DNA of 64,000 nucleotides, taken from positions 126,633 through 190,632 of the forward strand of contig JBPCLO010000051.1 of NCBI GenBank assembly GCA_051003155.1, in the 5' to 3' direction. Source of the stretch: Fimbriimonadales bacterium. Lineage in GTDB: Bacteria; Armatimonadota; Fimbriimonadia; Fimbriimonadales; ATM1. This document shows positions 19,635 to 30,933 of the stretch, piece by piece. Position numbers and translations under genes: made by a program. Under the pieces are notes generated by a model. It worked only from the letters and a program-made list of their open reading frames with translations, had not been told where the DNA came from and did not search any database. Numbering within the stretch: the stretch's first letter is position 1; the number at the start of each line of letters is the position of its first letter.

Positions 19635-21138
19635 CTTCAACCCGACTCCGGCTCCGTTCGACTGGCCCGCCATGTATCCGACCATCGCGGTATTTCTAGC
19701 CGGGGTGGCAGCGATGTTCATCGAAATGCTCTGGCCGCGCAGGACGAACAACGCTATCGTCTTGACGAGCTTGGTTGGCCTAGGTATTTCGGCCGCCTTG
19801 GTCGGCAAGATTTGGGGACAGACGAGCGAAAGCCTGGGCGGCCTCTTCATCAACGACCGTTTCGGGCAGGTGATGCAGATCGCCCTGATCGCGGTGACCT
19901 TCATCACGATCCTCTACAGCGAGGGCTATCTGCGCGAGCGGCGGGTTCCGTTCGGCGAGTACTACCCCCTCGTTATCTGGTCGGCGGTCGGCGGCATGAT
20001 TATGGCGACTTCGCGCGACCTGCTGGTTATTTTCCTCGGCCTCGAGGTCCTTTCGATCGCCCTCTATGTGCTCTCCGGGCTGAGCTCGAAGGAGCGCAAG
20101 TCTCAGGAGTCGGCCCTGAAGTACTTCTTGCTGGGCGCCTTCGCATCGGGCTTTCTGCTCTACGGGATCGCCCTCGTCTACGGCGCAACCGGCAGCACGC
20201 ACATCGGGTCGATCGCCGCATTGATGCAAATGGGCGATGCCGTCGACCCGGTCAATGTCAAGCTCCTCTATGGGGGACTCGGATTGATCCTGGTCGGCTT
20301 CGGTTTCAAGACCGCGCTCGTGCCGTTCCACATGTGGACGCCCGACGTGTACCAGGGAGCGCCGACCAGCGTAACGGGCTTCATGGCAGCGGCGGTAAAG
20401 ATCGCTGCGTTCGCCGGGCTCGCCCGTTTCCTGGATGGCGCGATCGACCTCAGGGCCGTGTGGCTTCCGATCGTCATGATGCTTGCGGTGCTGACGATGA
20501 CCGTCGGCAACCTCGTTGCGCTCGTGCAGAAGGATGCAAAGCGAATCCTGGGATACTCCAGCATTGCCCACGCCGGATACGTTCTCGTGGCTCTCGCGGC
20601 GTACGGTAGCCTCAAGGGCTCTGCCGACGCGGTCGGCTACAACACGCTCGCTTACTATTTGATCTCGTATGGAGTCATGACCGTCGGCGCCTTCGCGGTC
20701 CTGTCACTGTCCGCCAGGAACGGCCAAGAGGGCACACAGTTGGACGACTTCAACGGGATGTACCAGCGCTCACCGTTCCTCGCAGCAGCGATGATCATTT
20801 TTATGGCGAGCCTCGCGGGCATCCCCCTGACGGCAGGTTTCCTCGGGAAGTTCCTGATCTTTAAGGACGCGCTTTCGGCAGACCTGCTCTGGCTTGCGCT
20901 CGTGCTGGCGGTGAACTCCGTCATCAGCGCTTTCTACTATCTTAGAATCGTGCTCGCAATCGCCGTTCAAATGTCGGACCCTCGCGAGCCCAGATTCGGA
21001 AGGGTGAATGCGGGTCTGGTCGCTGCCTGCGGAGCGTGCGTCGCACTCGTATTGGGGATGTTCTTCTGGTACCAGCCGATGGCCGATTGGATGAGCCTTC
21101 GGCCGGAGGCCGTGCCGGTCGTCAGGTCGAGCCGGTAA
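19627..21138 (+). CDS. nuoN: NADH-quinone oxidoreductase subunit N
   Basis: FLGLE..S..LY, ESALKYFLLGA, FK..VPFHMWTPDVYQGAP, KRILGYSSIAHAGY. Confidence 0.95.
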   Translation: MNNFNPTPAPFDWPAMYPTIAVFLAGVAAMFIEMLWPRRTNNAIVLTSLVGLGISAALVGKIWGQTSESLGGLFINDRFGQVMQIALIAVTFITILYSEGYLRERRVPFGEYYPLVIWSAVGGMIMATSRDLLVIFLGLEVLSIALYVLSGLSSKERKSQESALKYFLLGAFASGFLLYGIALVYGATGSTHIGSIAALMQMGDAVDPVNVKLLYGGLGLILVGFGFKTALVPFHMWTPDVYQGAPTSVTGFMAAAVKIAAFAGLARFLDGAIDLRAVWLPIVMMLAVLTMTVGNLVALVQKDAKRILGYSSIAHAGYVLVALAAYGSLKGSADAVGYNTLAYYLISYGVMTVGAFAVLSLSARNGQEGTQLDDFNGMYQRSPFLAAAMIIFMASLAGIPLTAGFLGKFLIFKDALSADLLWLALVLAVNSVISAFYYLRIVLAIAVQMSDPREPRFGRVNAGLVAACGACVALVLGMFFWYQPMADWMSLRPEAVPVVRSSR

Positions 21139-21164
21139 GTCCAAATAGGTAAAGTAGCGACTCG

Positions 21165-22019
21165 ATGAAACTGGGACTCAGCATGTGGAGCTACGTCCGC
21201 CCATGGCAGGCGGGCCAGATGGAGGCTCCGGACTTTGTGCGTACCGCAAAGACACTCGGCGTGGACGGCGTCGAGCTGCTCGATTTCTTTTACCGCGACA
21301 AGGCCGATTGGGGACCCGAGACCCAAAGCATCCGTCGGGCGCTCGATGAAATGGGTCTGCCGGTCGGAGTTTTTTCCGTGAGCAATGACTTCGCGCAAGC
21401 GAACGAATCCGATCGCGACGCACAGATTGATCTCATCATACGTGGCGTCGACCAAGCCAAGGCCTATGGGGCGGATGTCGTACGGGTTTTCGCCGGCGGC
21501 TCGGTGCCGGGGGCGAGCGAAGATGACACTTTCGGCTGGTTCTTGCATGGGCTCTGCGAGGCGTCCTACTATGCAGCCGATAAAGGCATAAAGCTCGCTC
21601 TGGAAAACCACGGTCAATATGCAGGGCGCAGCGGCCAGGTCGAGGACCTCATCCATAAAGTCCGCATCGCCACCGGGTCGGACACTCTCGGCGCAAATCC
21701 CGACACAGGCAATTTTGTGCTCGTGAACGAGGATTCTGTCGATGGCGTGCGCGGCGTGGCGAAATATGCGCATATGTGCCACTTCAAGGATTTTGAATTA
21801 GCGCCTTCCGATTGGGCCGGGCCGTGCTACGAGGCGCTCGACGGAACGCGCTTCATCGGCTCGGCGATCGGTGAGGGTTCCGTGGATTTAGATGCATGCG
21901 TTTTCGAACTGCGCAACTACGGTTTCGACGGATGGCTGAATATCGAGTACGAGTCCGACGAGGACCCGGCATTCGGAGTGCCGAGAAGCGTGGCGCACGC
22001 GAGGAAGTACGTGAATTAG
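21165..22019 (+). CDS. Sugar phosphate isomerase/epimerase (xylose-isomerase-like TIM barrel)
   Basis: LALENHG, DTGNF, HFKD, IEYE metal-binding motifs. Confidence 0.85.
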   Translation: MKLGLSMWSYVRPWQAGQMEAPDFVRTAKTLGVDGVELLDFFYRDKADWGPETQSIRRALDEMGLPVGVFSVSNDFAQANESDRDAQIDLIIRGVDQAKAYGADVVRVFAGGSVPGASEDDTFGWFLHGLCEASYYAADKGIKLALENHGQYAGRSGQVEDLIHKVRIATGSDTLGANPDTGNFVLVNEDSVDGVRGVAKYAHMCHFKDFELAPSDWAGPCYEALDGTRFIGSAIGEGSVDLDACVFELRNYGFDGWLNIEYESDEDPAFGVPRSVAHARKYVN

Positions 22020-22030
22020 AAAACCGCTTC

Positions 22031-22107
22031 TGGTAGCGGAGGTCGGACTCGAACCGACGACCCTGCGGGTATGAACCGCATGCTCTAACCAACTGAGCTA
22101 CTCCGCC
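22031..22107 (-). tRNA. tRNA-Met(CAT), elongator type
   Basis: GGCGGAGTAGCTCAGTTGGTTAGAGCA-TGCGG TTCATAC CCGCA-GGTTCGAGTCC-CTCCGCT ACCA. Confidence 0.93.
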
Positions 22108-22122
22108 AAAGAGGCAGCAATT

Positions 22123-22446
22123 TTACCTCGGCGGGGCTATGTTGCGGATGTATCGGATCTGGCCGGCGTGATAAATGTCGTGCTCGATCAGCATGAGAAA
22201 GAGGTCTTTCGTTCGCATCGATTTTCCGCCCCAAGCTCTCACGGACGAGTTCAAGTCCGCGGTACCCCTCAAAGTCGTAACAACCTGTTCGTGCGCCTCA
22301 TCGAGTTCCGGTAGCATTCCTGCCAATGTGCTTTTGCTTAGCGGCATTTTCTTCCAGTCCAACGAGCCGTCGCCGAATGCATGATCAATCTGCACCAGCT
22401 TATCTCCCGTAACATTCAATAATCCGGCAATGTCATCGACCTTCAT
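22123..22446 (-). CDS. DinB-family protein, short, possibly N-terminally eroded
   Basis: C-terminal EHDIYHAGQI motif. Confidence 0.6.
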   Translation of the reverse strand: MKVDDIAGLLNVTGDKLVQIDHAFGDGSLDWKKMPLSKSTLAGMLPELDEAHEQVVTTLRGTADLNSSVRAWGGKSMRTKDLFLMLIEHDIYHAGQIRYIRNIAPPR

Positions 22447-22949
22447 CTAGCAACACGAAATTCTTCGATTAAACGCCGCGCTTCGCCCTTGGTGTCCCAG
22501 CGGAGAATTTCCACAGATTTCTTCAAGTTGTTTGAACACTTCGAAGAAATGCACAATTTCTCGGCGAACGTGTTCGGATAAGTCGTCCAAGTCCTCCATA
22601 TCGCTAAATCATGGGTCCTTCGTTGCGATGCAAATAATTTTGTCGTCGCGTCCTTTTCGTCCCACATTCCCAAGATGCCGATTGGTTTCGCGTCGACGAT
22701 GCACCCTGGAAACGTTGGATGGGTTAACAGAACAAAGGCGTCGAGTGGATCGCCGTCGCTATAAAGTGTTTCCGGGATAAATCCGTAATCGCAAGGATAA
22801 AACAGAGGTGAGAATAGCACCCGGTCGAACCGCACCAAGCCGGTGTCGTGCTCGATCTCGTACTTGTTGGTGCTGCCCTTCGGAATTTCCACAATAACGT
22901 TGACGGTGTTCGGCGCGTTCGCCCCGACGCAGACCATTCCAAACCGCAT
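22443..22949 (-). pseudogene. ppa: Family I inorganic pyrophosphatase, disrupted
   Basis: EIPKGS.NKYE, YGFIP.T...DGDPLD intact; after DEK a shifted frame restores GRDDKII..KDP*F..EIVHFFEVFKQLE containing an in-frame TGA, then a second shift. Confidence 0.8.
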
Positions 22950-23007
22950 GCCCGAATGCTACCTAAGCGAGGTGCATCTTTCAGGCGCGCGCGTGCGTAT
23001 TTGACAC

Positions 23008-23706
23008 ATGCTCCCTCTCCTCAAAGGCCTCAACGCACTCTTCTCGAGGCCCAGGCTTTGGGGTTATTCGTGGAAGCCACTCGCCTGGGCGGCAGCCCTC
23101 TACCTGCTTGTCCTGATCCTCGGCCAGTGGCTAATCGTTCCGCGGCTTTCCGAGCGAATTTCCGGGTACGGCTGGCTCGATTGGACGGTGAGCATCGCCG
23201 GCGCAATCTCGATCACCTTCCTGTGGGTTGTGGCAGCCAATTTCATCTTGGTGGCCGTGTCTGCGGTCTTCAGCAGCTTTTTATGGGGCCGGCTTTCGTT
23301 GGAAGCCGAGGAAGCCATTTACGGAGATGCTCCTCGTAACGAGCCCGGGTGTGCGATGGCCATTGCGGACACAGTTTTTCGCCTATTAATGGCGATCGTC
23401 GTCGTGGGTGCGACTTTGCTGCTCGGATGGCTTGGACTCGTCGTTGGTGCAGCAGCCGCAGGATTTCTTTCGCTAATGGACTTTTCGGCGCCGGCCTATT
23501 TTCGCCGAGGTATCGCTTTTCCTGCCCAGTTGAAAGTGTTATCCACGAAGTCCGCCCTGGGATTCATGATCGGTTGCGGTCTCGCCAGCCTGATGCCGTT
23601 CGCATTCGTGCTGGCAATTCCCGCTATGGTCATCGGCGGTACGATTCTGTGCCGAGAGGCGGAAGGACCTAAAGGGCCTCGGCCTTCCCGTAGTGGCAGT
23701 GCTTGA
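23008..23706 (+). CDS. EI24/CysZ-like membrane protein
   Basis: Hydrophobic segments, LS...E, DFS...F.RRG pattern. Confidence 0.65.
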   Translation: MLPLLKGLNALFSRPRLWGYSWKPLAWAAALYLLVLILGQWLIVPRLSERISGYGWLDWTVSIAGAISITFLWVVAANFILVAVSAVFSSFLWGRLSLEAEEAIYGDAPRNEPGCAMAIADTVFRLLMAIVVVGATLLLGWLGLVVGAAAAGFLSLMDFSAPAYFRRGIAFPAQLKVLSTKSALGFMIGCGLASLMPFAFVLAIPAMVIGGTILCREAEGPKGPRPSRSGSA

Positions 23707-26700
23707 ATTTCTTTCCGCTGCCGCACGGGCACAAATCGTTTCGCTTTACCTTCGACCAATCGATTTGGCCGTTGGTACTCGCCGGCCCCTTCGTCGACGG
23801 AGGCGGGTCGTCGTCGACGCGCTCCATTCGCGGCTCCGTGGGCGTCGGCGGCTGCTGAAACTGCATCTTATAAATGTATTGCGCCACCTGGTCGCGAATC
23901 CCGCGCAGCGTGTCTTCGAAAATCGTATGCGACTCCTTTCGGAAGGCGATGAGCGGATCGATTTGGCCGTATCCCCGCAAACCGATGCCTTCTCGAAGCC
24001 GTTCGACGCTCTGCAGATGCTCGGTCCAAAGTTGGGTAATCGCCCGCAACAGCACGATCTTCTCGATCTGGCGGTAATCCTCTCCGAATTCGGCAATCCG
24101 CGCTTCGTATGCTTCGTTAGCCCAACCCTTGACGATCCGGAGGATCTCTTCTTCGTTCTTGAAGCCTGCGAGGTCCTGGGCGCTCCCGTAATCCATCGCC
24201 GGGAAAATCTGCAGCAATTCCCGGAATATCGCTTGATAATCCCACTCGTTATTCTCGAAGCCGTCGGGCGCATTTCGGTCGACGATCTCTTCGATGGCCC
24301 CATCGACATGCTCGCGCACGGTCGGCCTCGGATCTTTTCCGAGCAAATACTCACGGCGCGTTTCGTAAATGTGCTCACGCTGAGCATTTAGAACGTCGTC
24401 GTATTCAAGGACATGCTTTCTGTATTCGAAAAAGTGGAGCTCGATTCGCTTCTGGGTCTTTTCGATCATCGGGCTGAGGAATCTCGCATTAACCTCTTCC
24501 AAATCGGGCCACATTTTCAGCAACGGATTTTCCATCATTTTCGCATTGAAGATTTTCCAGAGATTGTCTTCGAGCGAAACGAAGTATCGGCTCTCGCCAG
24601 GGTCGCCTTGACGGCCTGAGCGTCCACGCAGCTGGTTGTCGATTCTGCGGCTCTCATGCCTTTCCGTACCCAAAATGTATAGGCCACCAAGCTGCGTCAC
24701 TTCGGTCGCAAGCGCTGCCCGCTCTTGGTCGTCGAGAGGCAGTGGCGGCGCTGCGCGCTCTTTGCCACCGCGCCTAAACGCCACAAACGTGTCCGACGCA
24801 AAGTCCTGGTCCTCCTCGACCTCCTGGGCTCCGGCCTGCTCGATCTCAGCGCTCTGTACGCGACCGCCAAGCAGAATGTCGACGCCCCGCCCAGCCATGT
24901 TCGTCGCGATCGTGATCGAGCCCTTTCGCCCGGCTTCGGCGACGATGAGCGCCTCGCGCTCGTGATACTTCGCGTTCAAAACCTTGTGCGGAATTCCGTG
25001 GCGCAAACCCTCGTCGAGGTAAACCTTATTCTCCGCAGCCAATCCAAACTGCTCTAAGAACCAAGACTGCATTTCGTCGCTGAGCGGATCGACGGGCAAG
25101 TTCAGCGACCTCGCAGCATCCGCTAGCGATTTCAATTTTACTTCGGTAAGCGGCGTCAAGATATTCGAGTAGGCTTTGTTTTTGCTCTTCTTGTCGAGTC
25201 CCTTCTGGTTTTCGATTTCAAATTTTATTCTTTCCGCAACTACCAAATTCTGCAATTTGTCGGCGGTGAGCCTCGCGGAGACGCGCTCCGACATTTCTAT
25301 CGAACGCGTGCCCACTAAAACCGGCTGTTGTTTGGAATAGAGCCGCAATAATTCGCGAGCAATCCCGCGGAACTTCGCCTCTTCGGTCTTGAAAATCGTG
25401 TCCGAATGGTCGGTCCGAATCATGTCGCGGTGGGTGGGAATCGTCGCCACTTCGAGGCCGTAAATCTTGCGGAACTCGTCCTCTTCCGTCTTCGCGGTGC
25501 CGGTCATGCCCGCAAGCTTCTCGTATAGACGGAACAGGTTCTGAAAAGTGATAACCGCAACGGTCTGGCTCTCGCGCTGAACGGACACTGCTTCCTTCGC
25601 TTCGAGCGCCTGGTGAAGGCCTTCGCTCAGGCGTCGTCCGAACATCATGCGGCCAGTGTTCTCGTCGACGAGAATGACCTGGCCGTCTTTCACCACGTAC
25701 TCGTGGTCCTTGTCGAAGAGGCCGTGAGCCTTTACGGACGCATTTATGTAGTGCATCCAGTCCGGCTCGTTCGCCAAATTCGGAATGCCCAAAAGCTCTT
25801 CAACCTTGTCGTAGCCTTCTTCGGTCAGCGACGCTGCGTGGTCCTTTTTGTTGACGACGTAGTGAACGCCCGGGCCATCTTCAGTGGCCCCGGTGAGCCT
25901 CTTCACCGCTTCGTTCGCGCGGTGATACTTCTCGATCGGCTCGGTCGACGCGCCGCTGATGATGTGCGGCGTTCGGGCTTCGTCCACGAGGATGCTGTCG
26001 ACCTCATCGACGATCGCGTAGTTCAGCTCGCGCATCACAAGCTCTGACTGGTCGAACACCATGTTGTCGCGCATATAGTCGAAGCCGAACTCATGGTTGG
26101 TACCGTAGACGATGTCGCACATGTAGGCGTCGCGGCGTGAGCACGGCGTGAGGTTGGTATAGCGCGGGTCGTCGTGGTGAGTGCCGGGCGTGTAAAGGTA
26201 ACTGCCGCCGAGTTCGTCCGACTCCTGCGACTGGCCCTGGATGATGCCCACGCTCAAGCCGAGCGTGTGGAAGATCGGGCCCATCCAAACGGCGTCCCTT
26301 CGTGCCAAGTAGTCGTTGACCGTGACCAGGTGAGCGCCGGTGCCCGAAAGCGCGTTTAAGTAGAGTGGCAGAGTCGCGACGAGCGTTTTGCCTTCACCCG
26401 TCTTCATCTCGGCGATCTTGCCCCTATGCAGTGCCACGCCGCCAAGAATCTGCACGTCGAAGTGGCGCATGTGCAGCGTCCTGCGGCTGACTTCGCGCAC
26501 GGCGGCGAAGGCTTCGGGCAAAATGTCTTCGATTGTCTCGCCGTTAGCCAAACGGCCCTTGAATTCGTCGGTCTTGGCTGCTAGCTGGTCGTGCGAAAGC
26601 GCCTCGAACTGCGGTTCGTAAGAGTTCGTTTTTTCGACGAGCGGTTTGTAGCTTTTGACTTCATCTTCGCTCTTGTCAAACCATTTTCTAAATAAAGTAT

Positions 26701-26710
26701 CGATACCCAT
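23669..26710 (-). CDS. secA: Preprotein translocase SecA
   Basis: [44 protein letters not shown]-terminal [13 protein letters not shown]. Confidence 0.98.
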   Translation of the reverse strand: MGIDTLFRKWFDKSEDEVKSYKPLVEKTNSYEPQFEALSHDQLAAKTDEFKGRLANGETIEDILPEAFAAVREVSRRTLHMRHFDVQILGGVALHRGKIAEMKTGEGKTLVATLPLYLNALSGTGAHLVTVNDYLARRDAVWMGPIFHTLGLSVGIIQGQSQESDELGGSYLYTPGTHHDDPRYTNLTPCSRRDAYMCDIVYGTNHEFGFDYMRDNMVFDQSELVMRELNYAIVDEVDSILVDEARTPHIISGASTEPIEKYHRANEAVKRLTGATEDGPGVHYVVNKKDHAASLTEEGYDKVEELLGIPNLANEPDWMHYINASVKAHGLFDKDHEYVVKDGQVILVDENTGRMMFGRRLSEGLHQALEAKEAVSVQRESQTVAVITFQNLFRLYEKLAGMTGTAKTEEDEFRKIYGLEVATIPTHRDMIRTDHSDTIFKTEEAKFRGIARELLRLYSKQQPVLVGTRSIEMSERVSARLTADKLQNLVVAERIKFEIENQKGLDKKSKNKAYSNILTPLTEVKLKSLADAARSLNLPVDPLSDEMQSWFLEQFGLAAENKVYLDEGLRHGIPHKVLNAKYHEREALIVAEAGRKGSITIATNMAGRGVDILLGGRVQSAEIEQAGAQEVEEDQDFASDTFVAFRRGGKERAAPPLPLDDQERAALATEVTQLGGLYILGTERHESRRIDNQLRGRSGRQGDPGESRYFVSLEDNLWKIFNAKMMENPLLKMWPDLEEVNARFLSPMIEKTQKRIELHFFEYRKHVLEYDDVLNAQREHIYETRREYLLGKDPRPTVREHVDGAIEEIVDRNAPDGFENNEWDYQAIFRELLQIFPAMDYGSAQDLAGFKNEEEILRIVKGWANEAYEARIAEFGEDYRQIEKIVLLRAITQLWTEHLQSVERLREGIGLRGYGQIDPLIAFRKESHTIFEDTLRGIRDQVAQYIYKMQFQQPPTPTEPRMERVDDDPPPSTKGPASTNGQIDWSKVKRNDLCPCGSGKKFKHCHYGKAEAL

Positions 26711-27452
26711 GATTCGGAGTACGGGGACAAAGAGGACGACCCAACAGAGTCCGACGCGATCTCAAAGTATACCTTTTGGGCCCGCCTCCGGCCCCTGGTT
26801 GCAGGCTCAGAACGAGCGGGTTCTCGCGTGCGGCGCCTGCCCCCGGCTTCGTGCCCATTGTGAGAACGTCGCGATAGTAAAGCGGGCAGCATATATTAAC
26901 GACAATTACGTGGCCAAGCCCGTTCCCAATTTTGGCGATCCGAACGCGGGCATGCTGATCGTGGGACTCGCGCCGGCCGCGCACGGGTCGAACCGTACCG
27001 GCCGAATGTTCACGGGAGACCGAAGCGGCGCCTCGCTTTACGCTGCATTGCACGCAACGGGGTTCGCCAACCAGCCGGACGGCCTGTCGGCGGACGACGG
27101 GCTTGAGCTAGGCAACGCTCTCATCACGGCAATCTGCCGATGCGCCCCTCCAGCCAACAAGCCGATGCCCCATGAGATCGCCAACTGCTCCCCGTTCCTA
27201 CAAGAAACGATCGAGCATGCCCCGTGGCGCGTGCTCGTCTGCCTAGGCGGCATCGCCTGGGGTCAAATAAGGAGGCACTTGCAGCGACCCGTGGCAAAGT
27301 TCGGCCACGGAGTCGAGAGCGAATTGGCGGATGGCCGCATTGCAATCGCGTGCTACCATCCCAGCCAGCAAAACACGTTCACCGGCCGTTTGACCCAGGA
27401 GATGCTTGACAGCGTGTTCGCCAGGGCACGGCAACTCCTCACAAGCGAATAA
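26709..27452 (+). CDS. Uracil-DNA glycosylase family 5 (UdgB-like, Fe-S); start uncertain
   Basis: [40 protein letters not shown]. Confidence 0.9.
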   Translation: MIRSTGTKRTTQQSPTRSQSIPFGPASGPWLQAQNERVLACGACPRLRAHCENVAIVKRAAYINDNYVAKPVPNFGDPNAGMLIVGLAPAAHGSNRTGRMFTGDRSGASLYAALHATGFANQPDGLSADDGLELGNALITAICRCAPPANKPMPHEIANCSPFLQETIEHAPWRVLVCLGGIAWGQIRRHLQRPVAKFGHGVESELADGRIAIACYHPSQQNTFTGRLTQEMLDSVFARARQLLTSE

Positions 27453-28266
27453 CGGCTCGCCCAAACTCCTCGGCTCGCATCGACAATTTGACTACGTTGC
27501 CACCCTTGGATACGTGCGCGACGCGAACTTCGTCGGAAAGGGCCACCACCAGTTCGTCCCGAATTTTGTTGTTCACCCCGATGAAGTTGTCGTCCGGCCG
27601 GAATGGACTTAGGACGAGGTCGGTTTCCGCGTCGAATCGATACCGCCACAGTCTTGCTGCTGAGAACGGCTCCTGGTCCAAATCGTCGCCGAGAGCCTTG
27701 AAGAGACCGCGGTCCAAAACCAGCACGCGCGGCGCCCCCCATCGCAATGGAACGACCGCAGCCCGTTGATAAGCGGGTGTGTTCGAGCCCGTCACGAGCA
27801 CCATCGAATCCAGGACGCCCTCTTCGACAGACTTCTCGATTGTGGCCAGCGAGTCCGGCCCCGCGTCCCGGCTCGCCAACACCGTGAAGGTCTTGGAATG
27901 AAGGACCTGCATGTTTCCATAGGCCACTAGAAAAGCTGGCGGGTTCTCGCAAAACCCCTCGATCCGGCCGGGATATCGCGGGTCCTGGAAAGTGATCACC
28001 CGCACGTTTTTGCCCAAGGCACGTCCCTTGAACTTCAGAATGTCTTGCTCGATGCCTTTCGCGCCACGAGCAAGCGCCCGTGCGGACCGTTCGGTTAGCC
28101 GATACTCCTCGACAAGGGCGTCAGGGCTGAGCGAAAGGAACTGCCGTTTGGAGACATTCGAAATCGCGTTCCTCGCGAGGATCCGGCTGATCGTCCCGCT
28201 GCCGATGCCCGGCGTTAGGCATAATGCCAGTTCGAAATCGGTTTCCGGATCAAACGCGAGTCCCAC
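27439..28266 (-). CDS. dprA: DprA/Smf-like protein, divergent
   Basis: PGIG N-terminal SAM-like part, D..YP......PP..L..YGN, R..LVVALSD. Confidence 0.7.
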   Translation of the reverse strand: MGLAFDPETDFELALCLTPGIGSGTISRILARNAISNVSKRQFLSLSPDALVEEYRLTERSARALARGAKGIEQDILKFKGRALGKNVRVITFQDPRYPGRIEGFCENPPAFLVAYGNMQVLHSKTFTVLASRDAGPDSLATIEKSVEEGVLDSMVLVTGSNTPAYQRAAVVPLRWGAPRVLVLDRGLFKALGDDLDQEPFSAARLWRYRFDAETDLVLSPFRPDDNFIGVNNKIRDELVVALSDEVRVAHVSKGGNVVKLSMRAEEFGRAVIRL

Positions 28267-28966
28267 CCAATGCCTCCGCAGCTGTTATCAGTGTGGCAGC
28301 GGCCCTCTCACCGCTGCCACGCACCGATTCTTCCACTTCGGCATGGCTTAGCGCTTTTCCTGCAAGCCCTGTGGCAAAATTCGAAACAATTGCAAGAACG
28401 GCGTACTTGATCCCGGCTTCGCGCATCGCTACGGCCTCGGTTCCTGCTGTCATTCCCACCACATCTCCGCCGACACGTCGGTAAAACTCGATCTCTGCGG
28501 GCGTCTCATACCGCGGCCCAGGGGCACAGACGTAAACCCCGCCAACGATCACGCCCTCTTGTACCAACAACCTGCGCGCATCGGGATCGATAGGATCGGT
28601 GAAGTCCGTGTGGCGAATATCCGGTTCGAACATTGTAATCGACCTACCGGATAGCTCCAAGAAGTCTGAGCAGGCGATCATCGTTCCGATGCCCCAATCT
28701 TCTCGCAAGCTGCCGACAGCGGCGCTGGCCAGGCAATAGTCGACTCCCAGGCGCTTCAGTCCGCCTGCCATCCTTCGATAGTCGATCCGATGCGGAGGCA
28801 GCTTATGGCCCGGTCCATGGCGGGCAACCACCAAGAAGCCGCTCTCAGAAATGCGCCCTCGCAGCAACCCGAACGGCGTGGGAACATGGACCGCGCGCCC
28901 GTCACCTTTCAGCAGCAAGTCACCGATTCCGGTGCCACCAACGAGCGCGACCTTCGGCATCTCCAT
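28250..28966 (-). CDS. MTAP-family purine nucleoside phosphorylase
   Basis: LVGGTG, TPFG, RHG..H..PPH, GPRYET.AE, VVGMT..E. Confidence 0.9.
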   Translation of the reverse strand: MEMPKVALVGGTGIGDLLLKGDGRAVHVPTPFGLLRGRISESGFLVVARHGPGHKLPPHRIDYRRMAGGLKRLGVDYCLASAAVGSLREDWGIGTMIACSDFLELSGRSITMFEPDIRHTDFTDPIDPDARRLLVQEGVIVGGVYVCAPGPRYETPAEIEFYRRVGGDVVGMTAGTEAVAMREAGIKYAVLAIVSNFATGLAGKALSHAEVEESVRGSGERAAATLITAAEALGGTRV

Positions 28967-29029
28967 GTCTCGTAAGCATGGCAGAGTCCGGCGCTTGGAA
29001 CCTGACCGGGTATCCTTGATAAGCTTAGA

Positions 29030-30328
29030 ATGACAACCACCACCCAGATGCAAATCCAGTCCCGGGAGCTGAACCCATGCACGGTGGAGCTTACGGTTAC
29101 GTGTGCTCCCGAGCAAGTTAGAACCGGCTACGACAAAGCCTATCGCAGAGCCTCCAAACGGGTCAAGGTCCCCGGCTTCCGCCCGGGGACGGCTCCGAAA
29201 GGTGTCGCTCGCAAATACTTGAACTTAGGAGAGGTCAACCGGCTCGCAGCCGAGAACATCGTCCGCGACGCATACGAGTCGGCTGTCAAAGAGCGCGATC
29301 TCACCGTACACGGCAGGCCCGCTATCGAAATCACCAAGCTCGACGAGGAGGCCGAAGCCTGCGAGTTTAAGGCGAAGGTTCCGCTCGAGCCCAAGGTCGA
29401 ACTCGGCGCGTACGAGGGCCTCGAAGCGATCCAGCCCGATCCAGCGGTTACCGACGGGGAACTCGATCAGCAAATCCAATCGCTCCGCGAGCGCAAAGCC
29501 ACCCGCAAAAGCATCGAGCACCGGGGAGCGGAAATAGGCGACTTCGCCGTCGTCGGCATTCAACCGGACGGCGAAGAAAAGGGCCGCAATTTCATGACCG
29601 TCGTCGGGCAGACGTTCTCCCAGCTCGACCAGCTACTCACGGGGATGAAAGCCGAGGACGCGAAAGTCGCCGAGATCACTTTCCCCGAAGAATTTCAGGA
29701 AAAGGACTGGGCCGGCAAGCCGATGAAGGTCCAAGTCACACTCAGATCGCTCTCGGCGCCCGAACTTCCCGAACTCACCGAAGAGTTTGCTAAGGAGTTC
29801 AACACCGAGTCGGTCGACGAACTGAGGTCGCGGATCCGAGACGAGATGGGCCGCGCTAAAGCCAACTGGGTGCAGGACTACGTCAACGAACAAATCCTGG
29901 ACGAACTGCTTAAGAACTCGACCATTTACGTCCCCGACACCATGTGGGAAGACATCGCGACGCGCCGCGTTCAGGAGATCGCCGACGAAGCTGAGAAAGG
30001 CGGCAAGACTATGGAAGACGTGGCAGTTGAAGCCAACATGACGCCCGAGCAAATCCTGGAACGGTACCGGAGCGAAGCCCAAGTTCAAGTAAAGCGGGCG
30101 GTGGCGATCAAGGAAATTTTCACGAAGGAAGGGCTCCAGCTTTCGAAGGAAGAGGTCGCCGAACAGGTCGCGCAAATTGCACGCGAAAACAACGTTTCCC
30201 CCCAGGTCGCTCTCCAGGCGCTCAGGCGGTCGGGTAACTTGGGCGAAGTGGAATTTCGAGCGATGTTTCAGAAGGTGATGCAGCTTCTCACCGACAAGGC
30301 CAACCTAACGCCGGCGGAGGGCCAGTAG
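29030..30328 (+). CDS. tig: Trigger factor
   Basis: VPGFRPG.AP signature; upstream of clpP-clpX. Confidence 0.95.
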   Translation: MTTTTQMQIQSRELNPCTVELTVTCAPEQVRTGYDKAYRRASKRVKVPGFRPGTAPKGVARKYLNLGEVNRLAAENIVRDAYESAVKERDLTVHGRPAIEITKLDEEAEACEFKAKVPLEPKVELGAYEGLEAIQPDPAVTDGELDQQIQSLRERKATRKSIEHRGAEIGDFAVVGIQPDGEEKGRNFMTVVGQTFSQLDQLLTGMKAEDAKVAEITFPEEFQEKDWAGKPMKVQVTLRSLSAPELPELTEEFAKEFNTESVDELRSRIRDEMGRAKANWVQDYVNEQILDELLKNSTIYVPDTMWEDIATRRVQEIADEAEKGGKTMEDVAVEANMTPEQILERYRSEAQVQVKRAVAIKEIFTKEGLQLSKEEVAEQVAQIARENNVSPQVALQALRRSGNLGEVEFRAMFQKVMQLLTDKANLTPAEGQ

Positions 30329-30333
30329 CCAGA

Positions 30334-30933
30334 ATGGGCGTACCCTGGGTGATCGAGCAAACCGCGAGAGGCGAAAGGTCCTATGATCTCTACTCGCGCC
30401 TTCTAAAGGACCGGATCATCTTCCTCGGCACGCCTGTCGACGACTACTTTGCGAATCTCATCGTGGCCCAGCTCCTGTATTTGGAGAAGGAAGACCCCGA
30501 CAAGGACATCGAGCTCTATGTCAACTCGCCCGGCGGCTCCGTAAGCGCGGGTCTCGCGATTTACGACGCAATGCAGCACGTCCGATGCGACGTTGCCACG
30601 ACCTGCGTCGGCCAGGCGGCCAGCATGGGGGCGGTACTCCTAGCGGGTGGCGCGAAAGGCAAGAGGTTTTGCCTCGAACATGCGCGCGTCATGCTCCACC
30701 AAGTGAGCGCCGGCTTCCAAGGAACCGCCGCCGACATCTACGTTCAAGCAGAGGAGATATTCCGGATCAAAAAGATTCTAAACGAAATCCTCGCTCGACA
30801 CACCAAGCAGCCGATCGAGCGTTTGGAGAAGGACACCGACCGCGACTTCTGGCTCAGCGGCGAGCAGGCGAAAGAGTACGGAATTGTCGACGAAGTGCTA
30901 ACAACTCAGCGCATGCCCGCAGCAAAGAAATAG
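30334..30933 (+). CDS. clpP: ClpP protease subunit
   Basis: [31 protein letters not shown]. Confidence 0.97.
   Translation: MGVPWVIEQTARGERSYDLYSRLLKDRIIFLGTPVDDYFANLIVAQLLYLEKEDPDKDIELYVNSPGGSVSAGLAIYDAMQHVRCDVATTCVGQAASMGAVLLAGGAKGKRFCLEHARVMLHQVSAGFQGTAADIYVQAEEIFRIKKILNEILARHTKQPIERLEKDTDRDFWLSGEQAKEYGIVDEVLTTQRMPAAKK

Noticed and set aside
22609..22613. Selenocysteine TGA in ppa
   Set aside because: Position fits an Arg codon (CGA to TGA) and is flanked by frameshifts.
25005..25270. Intein in SecA
   Set aside because: No N-terminal Cys/Ser block or C-terminal His-Asn; too short.
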